Shown: positions 53,553-64,000 of the stretch, piece by piece
Position numbering within the stretch: position 1 is the stretch's first letter
How the letters are laid out: every line of letters begins with the position of its first letter
Assembly (NCBI GenBank): GCA_963842525.1
Contig: CAWJGT010000004.1
Location: forward strand, 1 to 64,000
DNA length: 64,000 nt
Direction: 5' to 3'
Origin: an uncultured Holophagales bacterium
GTDB taxonomy: Bacteria; Acidobacteriota; Thermoanaerobaculia; Multivoradales; UBA5704
Position numbers and translations under genes: made by a program
Notes under the pieces: generated by a model
Databases searched by the model: none
Told to the model about the DNA's origin: nothing
The model's input: only the letters and a program-made list of their open reading frames with translations

Positions 53553-54494
53553 ATGACCACTTCCGCCATACCCGCGCCGCCGTGGGGAACCCCGCTTGGG
53601 GTCCGGGAGGGCTTCGCCGACTGCGTGGCCATCGAGGCGGTCTGCGCGAGCCCCCTCCTACGGATTAGCCACTGGCAGTGCCGCTTCGACAGCCAGCCGC
53701 TCCGCCAGGAGCGCTATTACCCCTGGTATGTGCTGGTCGTCCCACGCTCCGGCGCTTCGGTGCTCCACTCCAGAGGCCGCGCCAAGCTGCTCGACCCCGG
53801 GTGCGCGGTGCTGCACGAGCCCTTCTCGGTCTATGCGAGCAGCCACCCCTTCGGCTGCGGCGACCGCGGCTGGAACGTTGCCATCCGGCAGGATGCTCTC
53901 TTTCGAACGGACCTCGCCGATCCCCCGTCGTGCCGGGTCGAGACGATCCCGGTGCGGGCGTATCTCCGATGGCGGCTGGCTCTGGAACGGCAGGCGCGCG
54001 AGCCGGGGAGCGGGCCGCTGGAGCTGGAGGAAGCGACGATGCGGCTGGTGGCGGGCCTGCACGAGCCTTTGGCTCCCGGCGGGAGTGAAGGGCGCCCGCG
54101 GTCCGGCACGGCGGAGGCGCACGAGACCTGCTTCGAGCGCGCGCGGGCCGAGCTCTTCCAGCGCTTCCGCGAGCCGCTCCAACTGGCCGACCTCGCTCGC
54201 ACGGCCCATGCCTCGCCCTTCCATCTCTGCCGGATCTTCAAGCGGGCCAGCGGCCTGTCGGTCCACCGCTATCAAACGCGGCTGCGGCTGCTGGAGGGGC
54301 TGGACGCTCTCGTCGAGCGGGACGTCCCTCTCGCCGAGCTGGCGCTCGACCTGGGATTTTCGAGCCACAGCCACTTCACGGACGCCTTCCGCCGCGAGCT
54401 CGGAATGGCACCCTCCGCGTTCCGCCATCTGGCCACCGCCGAGCGAGCGGTCCGCGCCCGGCAAGCTCATCGGGTCCTCCACGCCTCGCTGTGA
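53553..54494 (+). CDS. AraC-family transcriptional regulator
   Basis: LADLARTAHASPFHLCRIFKR...LGFSSHSHFTDAFRRELGMAPSAFR; start uncertain. Confidence 0.92.
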   Translation: MTTSAIPAPPWGTPLGVREGFADCVAIEAVCASPLLRISHWQCRFDSQPLRQERYYPWYVLVVPRSGASVLHSRGRAKLLDPGCAVLHEPFSVYASSHPFGCGDRGWNVAIRQDALFRTDLADPPSCRVETIPVRAYLRWRLALERQAREPGSGPLELEEATMRLVAGLHEPLAPGGSEGRPRSGTAEAHETCFERARAELFQRFREPLQLADLARTAHASPFHLCRIFKRASGLSVHRYQTRLRLLEGLDALVERDVPLAELALDLGFSSHSHFTDAFRRELGMAPSAFRHLATAERAVRARQAHRVLHASL

Positions 54495-54563
54495 CCCGTC
54501 TCCCCGTCCTGTGGTAGTTTCGCGCCTACATCAGGCTCGAGCTATTTCGAAAGGAGGCGGTCT

Positions 54564-57207
54564 ATGCAACGTTCCACCGCAGCCCTGATCCTGGCGGTCG
54601 TTCTGGCTTTTCCACTGGCGTCCCGGCTCGCGGCCCAGGAGCCCGCGGCCGAGCCGACCGTGGTGAGCGGGCAGGTCACCAGCCGCGACGACGGCCGGCC
54701 GCTGCCGGGAGCGACCGTGAGCATTCCGGCCCTCAACCTGAGCGTCGTCACCGGCGTGGACGGCAGCTACAGCCTGACGATCCCGGCCGGAGCCGCCCGC
54801 GGGCAGACGGTCGAGCTGACCGTGACGTTCCCGGACCTCGATACGAGCGCGGTCGAGATCGCCCTCACGCCCGGGACGGTGAGCCAGGATGTCGTCCTGG
54901 GCATCTCCTTCTACGAGTCGATCACCGTGGGATCGCGCGCCAGCGGCTCGGCGGCCGAGAAGTCGGTGCCCGTGGACGTCTTCACGGTCGAGCAGATCCA
55001 GACCACCGGCGCCAGCGAGACCAACCAGATCCTCGAGATGCTCACCCCCTCGTTCAACTTCCCGCGGCCGACGGTCACCGACGGCACCGACACCGTCCGG
55101 CCGGCGACGCTGCGCGGCCTCGGCTCCGACCAGGTGCTCGTCCTGGTCAACGGCAAGCGCCGCCATACGAGCGCCCTGGTGCACGTCAACGGCAGCATCG
55201 GCCGCGGCTCGACCGGCGTCGACCTGAACGCGATCCCGGCCTCGGCCATCGAGAGGATCGAGATCCTGCGCGACGGCGCCGCCGCCCAGTATGGCTCCGA
55301 CGCCATCGCCGGGGTCATCAACCTGGTGCTCAAGTCCGGCTCCTCGCCGCTCACCCTGGGCCTGAAGACGGGTGCCACCACGCACGGCGACGGCGAGCTG
55401 GTCGACGCCGGCGTCAGCGATGGCTGGTCGTTCGGCCGCGGCGAGCTGTTCGCCACCGTCGAGTACCGCGACCGCGGCGACACCAATCGCGCCGGCCCGG
55501 ACCCCCGCCCGCAGGGCTCGGTCAATCAGGTCGCGCAGCCCAACCACCACTGGGGGGACGCCGAGACCCAGGACATCATGGGCTTCTTCAACGGCTCGGC
55601 GCCGATCGGCGGCGGTGGCACCTCGCTCTACACCTTCGGCGGCGTCAGCCGGCGCGAGGGCTCGCACGGCGGCTTCTTCCGGCGCGCGCTCGAAAACCGC
55701 AACCTGCCGGCGATCTACCCCGACGGGTTCCTGCCGCTCATCGAGCCCGAGGTCACCGATCTCTCGCTGACGACCGGGGTGCGCGGCGCGGCCGGGGAGT
55801 GGTTCTGGGACGCGAGCGCTCAGTATGGGGACAACGAGTTCCAGTTCAACGTCAGCAACAGCCTGAACGTCTCGCTCGGCCCCACCAGCCCGCCCAACCA
55901 GACGAGCTTCGACGCCGGCTCCCTCGGCTTCGACCAGTGGGTGGCCAACCTGGACCTGAGCCGCGGCTTCGAGGTCGGGCTCGCCGGTCCGCTCAACGTC
56001 GCCTTCGGCGCCGAATTCCGGCGCGAGGGCTACCAGATCACCGCCGGCGAGCCCGCCTCCTACATCGACGGCGGCTTCCCGGACCAGTTCGGCGCCAAGG
56101 CGCCGGCCGGAGCACAGGTCTTCCCCGGCTTCCGGCCGTCCAACGAGGTCGACGTCAACCGCGACAGCTACGCGCTCTACGTCGACGTCGAAGGGGACGT
56201 CTTCGAGAAGCTGCGCCTGGGGCTCGCCGGCCGCTTCGAGGACTACGAGGACTTCGGCAATACCAGCGACTACAAGCTGACCGCCCGCTTCCAGCCCGTG
56301 CAGTCCCTGGTGCTGCGCGGCGCGGTGAGCACCGGCTTCCGCGCCCCGTCGCTGGGCCAGGCCTTCTTCTCGACGGTGAGCACCAACTTCCTGGCCGTGG
56401 GCGGCGTGCTCGTGCCGTTCGAGGTCGGCACCTTCCCGGTGGGAAGCCCGGTGGCGCGAGCGCTCGGGGCCCGGGACCTGCAGCCCGAGGAGTCGGACCA
56501 CCTGAGCTTCGGCGTCGCCTGGACGCCGATCAGCGCGCTCGAAGCTCGGGGCCGACTTCTACCGCATCGACATCCGGGACCGGATCGTGCTCTCGGGCAA
56601 CTTCACCGGACCCCAGGTGGCGGCCCTGCTCGCCCCCTTCAACGTCAACGGCGCCCGCTTCTTCACCAACGCCATCGACACCCGGACCGAGGGCTATGAC
56701 CTGACGGCGAGCTACGGCCGGAAGCTCGGCGCTGCCGGCAATGCGGGGACCCTGCGGCTGTCGGCCGGCTACAACAAAACCGAAAACGAGGTCGTCCGCG
56801 TGGCCCCGACGCCGCCGCAGCTCTCCGGTCTGCAGGAGGTCCTGTTCGACCGCACCGAGCGCCTGCGGGTCGAGTGCGGCCAGCCCAAGGACAGCCTCCG
56901 CCTGGCCGCCGACTGGGAGCGCGACCGGCTCTTCGTCGCGACGCGCGGAAGCCGCTTCGGCGAGTATTGCCTGGTCGACCGCCGGGTCGTGGACCAGACC
57001 TTCGAAGCCGAATGGCTGGCCGACCTCGAGGTCGGGTACAAGTTCCCGCGCTTCACCCTGGCGGTCGGGGCCCAGAACCTCTTCGACGCGTTCCCCGACC
57101 GCAACCTGCCGGACAACGCCAACCTCGGTATTTTCACCTACCCGAGCCACTCCCCGTTCGGGATGAACGGGAGGTTCGTCTACTCGCGGATCGAGGTCAG
57201 GTTCTGA
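54564..57207 (+). CDS. TonB-dependent receptor (frameshift near 56545)
   Basis: Signal peptide; plug LRGLGSDQVLVLVNGKR...IERIEILRDGAAAQYGSDAIAGVIN; STGFRAPSL; C-terminal Phe. Confidence 0.92.
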
Positions 57208-57208
57208 A

Positions 57209-59642
57209 TTGAGCCGCCTGTCCCGAACCGGCGTGCTGCGCCGCGACCCCGCGGCGCAGGCCGTCTTTCTGCCCGACGGCCGCGTCCTCGTCCGGCACGC
57301 GGCCGGGGTGAGCCTGCTGGGTGGACTGGCCCGCGAGGATCTCGAGCGGGTGCTCTCCGCAGTGGATGGGGAGCGCACCGTCGAGGAGGTGTGCCGGGCG
57401 CTCGCGGAGGAGTACGACCCCGAGGCGGTCCTCCGGCTCCTGGGGAACGTGGCCGGCGAGCTGGTCCACGTTGTTCCGCCCCCACGGCTGGCAGGCCCGT
57501 TCATCGTGCTCCTTGCCGAGGGTGCAGCGAGGCAGCGGCTCGCTGCGGAGCTGGAAGGAGCCGGCTTCACCGTCGGGTCCGGAGAGGTCCAGCGTGCGGC
57601 CTTCGCGGTCTGCGCCCTGGAGGGAGCTTCCTATCAGAGGCTGTTCGAGCTTCCAAAGGGTTTGGATCGAGGCGAGTGTTCCGAGCCTCTTCCTGACCGC
57701 GGACCCCGACGGGCTCCGCCTGGGCCCGGTCGCCGTGCCGGGCGCGAGCCCCTGTTTCGCCTGCGCGCAGCTCGCCGCCCTGGGGTTCCTGCGGCTCGAG
57801 CCCGCTGCGCTGCTCGCCGTCGCCGGAGGTCTGCGGTCGGGCTCTCTGGAGGGCTCCGCCGGGCTCGACCGGGCCGTTGCGGCGCTGGTCCGGGAGGTCC
57901 GGCAGGCCATGGACCCGCGGGGTGAGCCTGCGCTGCTGCAGCGGATCCTCCAGGTCACTCCCTCTGGAGAGACCCGCCACCTGCCGGTCGAGCGGATCGC
58001 CGGCTGCCCGGTCTGCGGCGGTGCGGCCCCGGGGAACGACCCGGCAGGGCTCGCCGGACGGGCCGAGCGAATGCGGGTCGAGTCGGTGGAGCGGCGTCCT
58101 CCGCGGACGGTCCCCTCCGATCCCGAGGGGCTCGTCACCTCGATCGGCATCCTGGGCGGCGGCACGGCCGGATACCTGGCGGCGCTCGCCCTGCGCCGCA
58201 AGGTCCCGGGCCTGGCGGTCACCCTGATCGAATCGAGCGGCTTGCCGATCATCGGCGTGGGCGAGGCGACGACGCCGCTCATGCCCCAGTTCCTCCACGT
58301 CGACCTGGGGCTCGACATCCACGAGCTGTTCCGCGAGGTCCGGCCGACCCTGAAGCTCGGCATCCGCTTCCTGTGGGGGAGGCCCGGCGACGGCGACTTC
58401 AATTATCCCTTCGGTCCCGTCCACGCCCTGGAGCCGTTCGTCTACGAGGGGGACATCCGGAGCTGCTCGCTCCAGTCCATGCTGATGACGGCAGGCGCCG
58501 TGCCGCTCTATGAGGCCGATGGGGCGGGATGGATCAACCGGCTGGGGACCGAGGCCGCCTATCATCTGGACAACGAGCGGTTCGTGGCCTGGCTGCAGCG
58601 CCGGGCCGCCGCGGCGGGCATCGAGCGGATCGACGCCGCCATTGCCTCCGTCGAGCGGTCGGAGGACGGGACCGAGGTCCGCGCCCTGGTGACGGACGAT
58701 GGCCGGCGGCTTTCGTACGACCTCTATATTGATGCCTCGGGGTTCCGTTCCCTCCTGCTGGAGCAGGCCCTGGGCTCACCCTGGGTCAGCTTCGAGGAAA
58801 GCCTGTGGACCGACCGCGCCGTGGTCGGTCCGGTGCCGCACGGCGGGAAGCTCCGCCCCTACACCACGGCCGAGACGATGAGCTGCGGCTGGTGCTGGAG
58901 CACGCCGCAGGCCGACGCCGACCACCGGGGCTACGTCTTCGCCTCGGCCTTCCAGACGCCGGAAGAGGCCGAGGCCGAGATGCGCCGGGCCAACCCCGGG
59001 ATGGGGCCGGCGCGGCTCGTCCGCTTCCGGGCCGGCCGCCACGAGCATTTCTGGAAGGGCAACGTGGTGGCCCTCGGCAATGCGTACGGCTTCGTCGAGC
59101 CGCTGGAGTCCACGGCCCTTCACATGCTGATCCGCAAGATCGGGCTCCTGGTGCGGGTCTTCCCGCTGCGCCGGGGTGAACGAGGCCTGCCGGAGCAGCT
59201 CAGCCGCAAGGTGGCCGCCTGGTGGGACTACCTGCGCTGGTTCCTGGCCATCCACTACCGCTTCAACCGCCGGCTGGACACTCCGTTCTGGCGGGCCTGC
59301 GGCGAGAAGGTGGATGTCTCACGGCACGAGGAGCTGCTCGCGGCGTTCCGGGAGCGGGGGCCGCTGTCCTACGATCCGGCGGCCCGTGCCGCCTTCGATT
59401 ACCCCGATCCGCTGTGGGGTCCGGAAGGGATCGACGCCCTCCTTCTGGGGCAGCACGTGCCGGCCCGGCTCCCCCGGCCGGAGCTCGGCCGGGAGGCCTG
59501 GTGCGAGCGGGTGCGCCGGGCTCGGGAGGTGGTCGCAAGGGCCACACCGCACGAGCGCGCTCTGCAGGTGATGGCAGAGAGGCCGGAGCTGTTGGAGGAG
59601 ATGGTGAAGGCGTTCCGGGCGGCCGGGCCGGCGTTCGGTTGA
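57209..59642 (+). CDS. RRE/Ocin-ThiF-like leader-binding module fused to a flavin-dependent tryptophan-halogenase-family enzyme (frameshift near 57650)
   Basis: wHTH-like VLSAVDGERTVEEVCRAL; LGPVAVPGASPCFAC...CPVC; halogenase GGGTAG, GVGEAT, TLKLGIRF, GWCWSTP, FVEPLESTA. Confidence 0.85.
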
Positions 59643-59644
59643 AG

Positions 59645-59710
59645 CCTCACCCCCTGTCCCCCTCTCCCGGTCGGTGGGAGTGCGATGGGAGAGGGGGACA
59701 GGGGGTGAGG
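59645..59710. repeat. REP-like palindrome between convergent genes (possible terminator)
   Basis: CCTCACCCCCTGTCCCCTCTCCC...GGGAGAGGGGGACAGGGGGTGAGG. Confidence 0.8.
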
Positions 59711-59711
59711 T

Positions 59712-62700
59712 CTACGCCGCCGGGATGGCGCCCGGACCGACGAGCTGCTCCAGCTCGACGGACCGGCGGCCGTCCAGCATTTCCAGGAAGTCGACGTCGA
59801 TGACCATCGTGGTCTCCCCCAGGCACTCTCCCTCGGGGAGCACGCCCACGGAGCGGTTCCGGCCTCCACCCTTCGCGAGGTAGAGGCCGCGGTCGGCCAG
59901 CGCCATGACCTGGTCGAACGAGAGCGCATCGGGCGATTCGGGGTGCCAGGGGAACGGCGCCCAGCCGATCGAGCAGGTGACGCCGAGCAGCATGTCGGGG
60001 CCTGCCACGAACGGCTTGCCCGCGACGGCCTCCAGGATGCGCGACGCCAGCAGGCCGCCGGCCTTGCGGTCCGCCCAGCGGCTGATGATCAGGAACTCCT
60101 CGCCGCCCCAGCGGACCACGACATCGGAGGAGCGCACCACCTCGCGCAGGCGCCGCGCCATCTCGACCAGCACGGCGTCGCCCGCGATATGGCCGGCGCG
60201 GTCGTTGACCTTCTTGAAGTGATCGAGGTCGATCAGATAGAGGAGCAGGTCGCGGTTGCGGTCCACCGGCTCCGCGGTCCCCCGGTAGTTGCGAATGGCG
60301 CGCTGGATGTCGGCCTCCAGGTTGAGCGCCACGAACCGGCGGTTGTGCAGGGCGGTGAGCGGGTCGGTGACCGACATCATCTCCAGCTTGCGGTTGGCCT
60401 CGGCGAGCTCGCGGGTGCGCTCGCCCACCACCCCTTCGAGGAGCTCGGCGCGCCGGGCCAGGTTGCGGGTCCGCAGGCGGTTCACGCCGTAGCCCAGGCC
60501 GGTGAGCGCGAGAGCATAGAGCAGCATCGCCCCCACGGTCTTCCAAGGGGCGGGGAGGACTCGGAATTTCACCTCGATGGGACCTGTCTCGACTTGGTCG
60601 GCGTCCTTGGCCCAGACCTGGAAGATATAGCTCCCCTGGGGAAGCTTGTTGAAGACGGTCCGGGCCTCGGGGGTCCAATCCGTGGGCTCGTGCTCCAGGT
60701 CTTTGAGCTGAGTGCGGAAGCGGATGCCGTTTTCGCGGCGGTAGCTCAGCAGGGCGTACTGGATCTCCAGGCTGTTCTCGTCGTGGCGCAGGTCGGCACC
60801 GGACAGGGCATGCTCCTTGCCGCCGACCCGGATCTCCTCGAACAGGAGAGGAGCCGGCTCCGACTGGGCGCTCCCGGACAGAGGAGGCTGCGGAGCCACG
60901 ACGGCCGCGCCGGCGCTCGATGCTCCCCAGATGCGGCCGAGGCGGTCCTTGAAGGAAGCGCGGTTGAACCGCACGTCCGGCAGCACGTTCACGATCTGGG
61001 CGCGCCTCAGCTCCTGGCCCACGATGAGACGGAACACACCCTGCTCGGTGAAGAGGTAGACCCGGCGGTACTCATCCGTCTGGATCTGCAGGATCCAGGG
61101 ATCTTCGAGGCTGTTTGGTTGTGTCGTGTCGGTCAGTGCCTGGCAGGTCGACGGCTGGATGCCCTGCGGGTCGATGCGGACGCGCGCCAGGCCGCCGCGG
61201 GTGCCCATCCACAGCCAGCCGGTGCCGTCCGGCCCCGTGGTGGCCTGGAGCGAGTAGACCCCCGGATGGGGCAGGCAGGGGAGATTGACCGTGGCCCAGC
61301 GCCCGGCGGAGTAGCGTGCGATGCCGTTGTGCGTGCCCACCCAGATGGCGGCCTCGCCGCCGGGAGCCTGTGTCCGGAGCAGGGTCCGGATCTTCTCTCC
61401 GGGGAGGCCGGAGCCGGCGCGGAACACCGTCCAGCGTCCCCTTTCGAACAGTGCAAGCCCATTGGCCGTTCCCACCCAAAGTGCGTCGCCCCGCTTGCCG
61501 GGGGCGGCGAGCAGACAGGTCGTCCAGTCGAACGGCAGGGGGGAATTGCTGGAGTCCAGGAGCGTCCAGCGGCCGCGGGCGTGGCGGTAGAGCCCCTCGA
61601 AGGAAGCCATCCAGAAGACGTGCGTGCCGTCTTCCTCGGTGGTGTTGGTCGCATCGAGGACGACCGGGGAATCGGCGCCCGGGCGGGGCGTGAACCGCTG
61701 CCAACCGTCTTTGGTCAGCCGGGCGATGCCGCTGAACGTGCCCACCCAGAAGCTGCGGGCTCCGTCGGGGAAGACCGCCTCTCCCACGCCGATCGCGAAG
61801 CTGCTCGGCAAACCGTACCGCGAGTTGATCAGCACCCAGTGCTCGCGCTCCAGCCGGGAGACACCGGCCGCGGTGGCCACCCAGAGAGTGCCCTGCGGCG
61901 GTGTCACGGCCAGGCTGTAGACGTGGTTCGCCAGCAGGCCCGACCGCATGTCGAAGACCTGCCAGGAGCCGTCCTCCGCGAAGCGGACCAGACCCGATCC
62001 CAGGATCCCGGCCCACAGGATCGGCTTCCCCTTGTCGGACAGCGCGGGCTGCAGCGAACGGACCGCCCCCTTCGGGAAACCGCTGGCCTTGTCATACCGG
62101 GTCCAGATCCCCTCGCGCAGCGAGGAGAGGCCTTTCTCGGTCCCCACCCAGAGCGTGCGCGGGCCCCCGGGGGCGCCCGTCTCCGCGAGGCTGCGCACCG
62201 CGCCGTCGGCCAGCGCGTTGCGCCGGTCGAAGACGTCCGGCGCCAGAACGGGGCTCGGTCCATCGATCTGCTCGAGGCGCAGCAACCCACTGGTCGTGCC
62301 GACCCAGAGGACAAGCCGGCCCTCGTCGGTCTGCATGGGGAGCAGGGCCTGGATCAAGTAGCCCTGGATCGCCGGCACCGGCTGACACCGATCCCCCATG
62401 CAGCGGGAGAGGCCGGACTGGGTGCCGACCCAGACCACGCTCCGGCCGCCGTGGATGGTTTCCGCGAGCGCCTGCACGGAATCGGCTGGCAGACCGGAGC
62501 CTTTGCGGAACTGTTTCCAAGATTCGTCGTCGCGATATCGAAAAAGGCCGCGGTCTTCCGTGCCAAACCACAGGGAGCCGTCGCGGGTTCCGCGGGTCCC
62601 AAGGATGGCATTGACCGCCATCGGGGCTCCCGAGTGCGGGATGTCGAACTTTTGCCAGAGCCGGCCGTTGTACCGGCTTACCCCCTCCGGAGTGCCGGCC

Positions 62701-62927
62701 CAGACGTATCCGCGCGGATCGACGGCCAGGTTGAGCACGCTCGACCGGAGCCCGTCCTTCCAGTCGAAGTCGCGGAATGAGAGCCACTTGTCCTGCTCGG
62801 CCGGAGAGCCTGCCGGTCCGGGGCGCACGGCGACAGCCGGCTCGGCGGGGGCGGATTGGCAGAAAACCACCTCCGAAGCCAGGAAGACCGCCGCGAGCAG
62901 CGGGACGAGCGAGCGCCGAATCGCCAT
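59712..62927 (-). CDS. Diguanylate cyclase with periplasmic Reg_prop beta-propeller / Y_Y_Y sensor
   Basis: Signal peptide; repeated LWVGT..GL; TM helix; TDPLTALHNRR, DLDHFKKVND, RWGGEEF. Confidence 0.93.
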   Translation of the reverse strand: MAIRRSLVPLLAAVFLASEVVFCQSAPAEPAVAVRPGPAGSPAEQDKWLSFRDFDWKDGLRSSVLNLAVDPRGYVWAGTPEGVSRYNGRLWQKFDIPHSGAPMAVNAILGTRGTRDGSLWFGTEDRGLFRYRDDESWKQFRKGSGLPADSVQALAETIHGGRSVVWVGTQSGLSRCMGDRCQPVPAIQGYLIQALLPMQTDEGRLVLWVGTTSGLLRLEQIDGPSPVLAPDVFDRRNALADGAVRSLAETGAPGGPRTLWVGTEKGLSSLREGIWTRYDKASGFPKGAVRSLQPALSDKGKPILWAGILGSGLVRFAEDGSWQVFDMRSGLLANHVYSLAVTPPQGTLWVATAAGVSRLEREHWVLINSRYGLPSSFAIGVGEAVFPDGARSFWVGTFSGIARLTKDGWQRFTPRPGADSPVVLDATNTTEEDGTHVFWMASFEGLYRHARGRWTLLDSSNSPLPFDWTTCLLAAPGKRGDALWVGTANGLALFERGRWTVFRAGSGLPGEKIRTLLRTQAPGGEAAIWVGTHNGIARYSAGRWATVNLPCLPHPGVYSLQATTGPDGTGWLWMGTRGGLARVRIDPQGIQPSTCQALTDTTQPNSLEDPWILQIQTDEYRRVYLFTEQGVFRLIVGQELRRAQIVNVLPDVRFNRASFKDRLGRIWGASSAGAAVVAPQPPLSGSAQSEPAPLLFEEIRVGGKEHALSGADLRHDENSLEIQYALLSYRRENGIRFRTQLKDLEHEPTDWTPEARTVFNKLPQGSYIFQVWAKDADQVETGPIEVKFRVLPAPWKTVGAMLLYALALTGLGYGVNRLRTRNLARRAELLEGVVGERTRELAEANRKLEMMSVTDPLTALHNRRFVALNLEADIQRAIRNYRGTAEPVDRNRDLLLYLIDLDHFKKVNDRAGHIAGDAVLVEMARRLREVVRSSDVVVRWGGEEFLIISRWADRKAGGLLASRILEAVAGKPFVAGPDMLLGVTCSIGWAPFPWHPESPDALSFDQVMALADRGLYLAKGGGRNRSVGVLPEGECLGETTMVIDVDFLEMLDGRRSVELEQLVGPGAIPAA

Positions 62928-63032
62928 GATCTGCGTGAGCCTAATGCTTCAATATATCGCAATTGCCCACATCAAGCCCCCTCCGGATCAGATTTTTTGG
63001 TGGATTGCCCCTTGTCAGCGGGCCGGCGTGAG

Positions 63033-64000
63033 CTACATGGAGGGAGTGTGCCGTTCGAGGATGGCGGCGAAGTCGGTCTCCGGGGGAAGCGTCCCGAAGG
63101 CGCGTCCACCCTCTCCGGCCAGGCGGGTCGCACAGAAGGCGTCCGCCACCGCGGCCGGGGCGTGGCGCACGAGGAGGGATGCCTGGAGAGCGAGGGCCAG
63201 CCGCTCGACCAGGCGCCGCGCCTGGGTTTCGAGCCCGGCCGGGTCCATCCGCCGGCCGAGGTCGTCCCGCAGCCGGTCCGCGAAGGCGTCCAGCCGGGCG
63301 TCGCCGCCCAGGGCCCGCTGGACCTCCGCGAGCAGGGCGGCAAGCGATTCGGGCGTCTTCTGGAGCGCGCGCAGCACATCCAGACACTGTACGTTGCCGG
63401 AGCCCTCCCAGATGGAGTTCAGCGGGGCCTCGCGGTAGAGGCGGGCCAGCGGCCACTCCTCGACGTAGCCGTTGCCGCCCAGGCACTCCAGGGCTTCCGC
63501 GGCATGGACCGGCGCCCGCTTGCAGATCCAGTACTTGAGGACCGCGGTCGCCAGCCGCTTGAACGTGGCGGCCTCCTCGTCGCCGGTCTGCGCATCGTCG
63601 AAGGCACGGGCGAGGCGCAGGGCGGAGACCGTCGCGGCTTCGGACTCCAGGGCCAGATCCGCCAGCACATTGCGCATCAGCGGCTGGTCGATCAGGAGCC
63701 GGCCGAAGGCCCGGCGGTGGCGGGCGTGGTGGAGCGCCTGGAGCGTCCCTTGTCGATGCGAGGCCGCCGATCCGAGGACGCAGTCGAGCCGCGTATGGAC
63801 GACCATCTCGAGGATTGTTGGCACGCCGCGTCCCTCCGCGCCGACCAGGCGCGCCCAGGCGGCGTGGAATTCGACCTCGCTGGAGGCGTTCGACCGGTTG
63901 CCGAGCTTGTCCTTGAGGCGCTGCAGATGGAAACGGTTGCGCGCGCCGTCCGGAGTGATCCGCGGCACCAGGAAGCAGGAGAGGCCGCCGGGAGCCTGAG
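63033..64000 (-). CDS. Acyl-CoA dehydrogenase, AidB-like (5' end outside the window)
   Basis: RLKDKLGNRSNASSEVEF, EALECLGGNGYVEE, REAPLNSIWEGSGNVQCLD. Confidence 0.9.
   Translation of the reverse strand, partial: QAPGGLSCFLVPRITPDGARNRFHLQRLKDKLGNRSNASSEVEFHAAWARLVGAEGRGVPTILEMVVHTRLDCVLGSAASHRQGTLQALHHARHRRAFGRLLIDQPLMRNVLADLALESEAATVSALRLARAFDDAQTGDEEAATFKRLATAVLKYWICKRAPVHAAEALECLGGNGYVEEWPLARLYREAPLNSIWEGSGNVQCLDVLRALQKTPESLAALLAEVQRALGGDARLDAFADRLRDDLGRRMDPAGLETQARRLVERLALALQASLLVRHAPAAVADAFCATRLAGEGGRAFGTLPPETDFAAILERHTPSM

Noticed and set aside
59943-62780. 945-aa plus-strand ORF, and similar long ORFs at 47820-49736, 54531-56501, 32625-34319 and 43787-45418
   Set aside because: Antisense shadows of real genes caused by high-GC codon bias; no recognisable motifs

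Overview
GC-rich bacterial window; the gene families and REP-like palindromes suggest Acidobacteriota (Thermoanaerobaculia-like), which is an inference only. Bases ~170-40400 look like one integrative island. It starts with an arm-type tyrosine integrase, an AlpA-like excisionase, a catalytically dead recombinase-like gene and a wHTH replication-like gene. It then carries a secreted ENGSxLDPNG-repeat peptide paired with a Zn-finger/TPR protein, and a giant RHS protein with an internal variable segment. A DISARM-related helicase locus is broken and replaced in its middle by a TIR-nuclease-TPR-GreAB-PIN gene. Next comes a histidine kinase/response regulator/subtilase/stand-alone I9-like cassette whose kinase is split by an ISAzo13-family IS, then a TOTE-type primase-helicase and ~4.5 kb of non-coding structured repeats with two Xer/dif-like sites. 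Bases ~40500-64000 are mostly ordinary chromosomal genes, except an AraC-TonB receptor-halogenase unit whose flavin-dependent Trp-halogenase is fused to a RiPP leader-binding (RRE + Ocin-ThiF-like) module. Many genes have single-base frameshifts, probably sequencing/assembly indels, so pseudogene status is uncertain. No rRNA, tRNA or CRISPR array was found.
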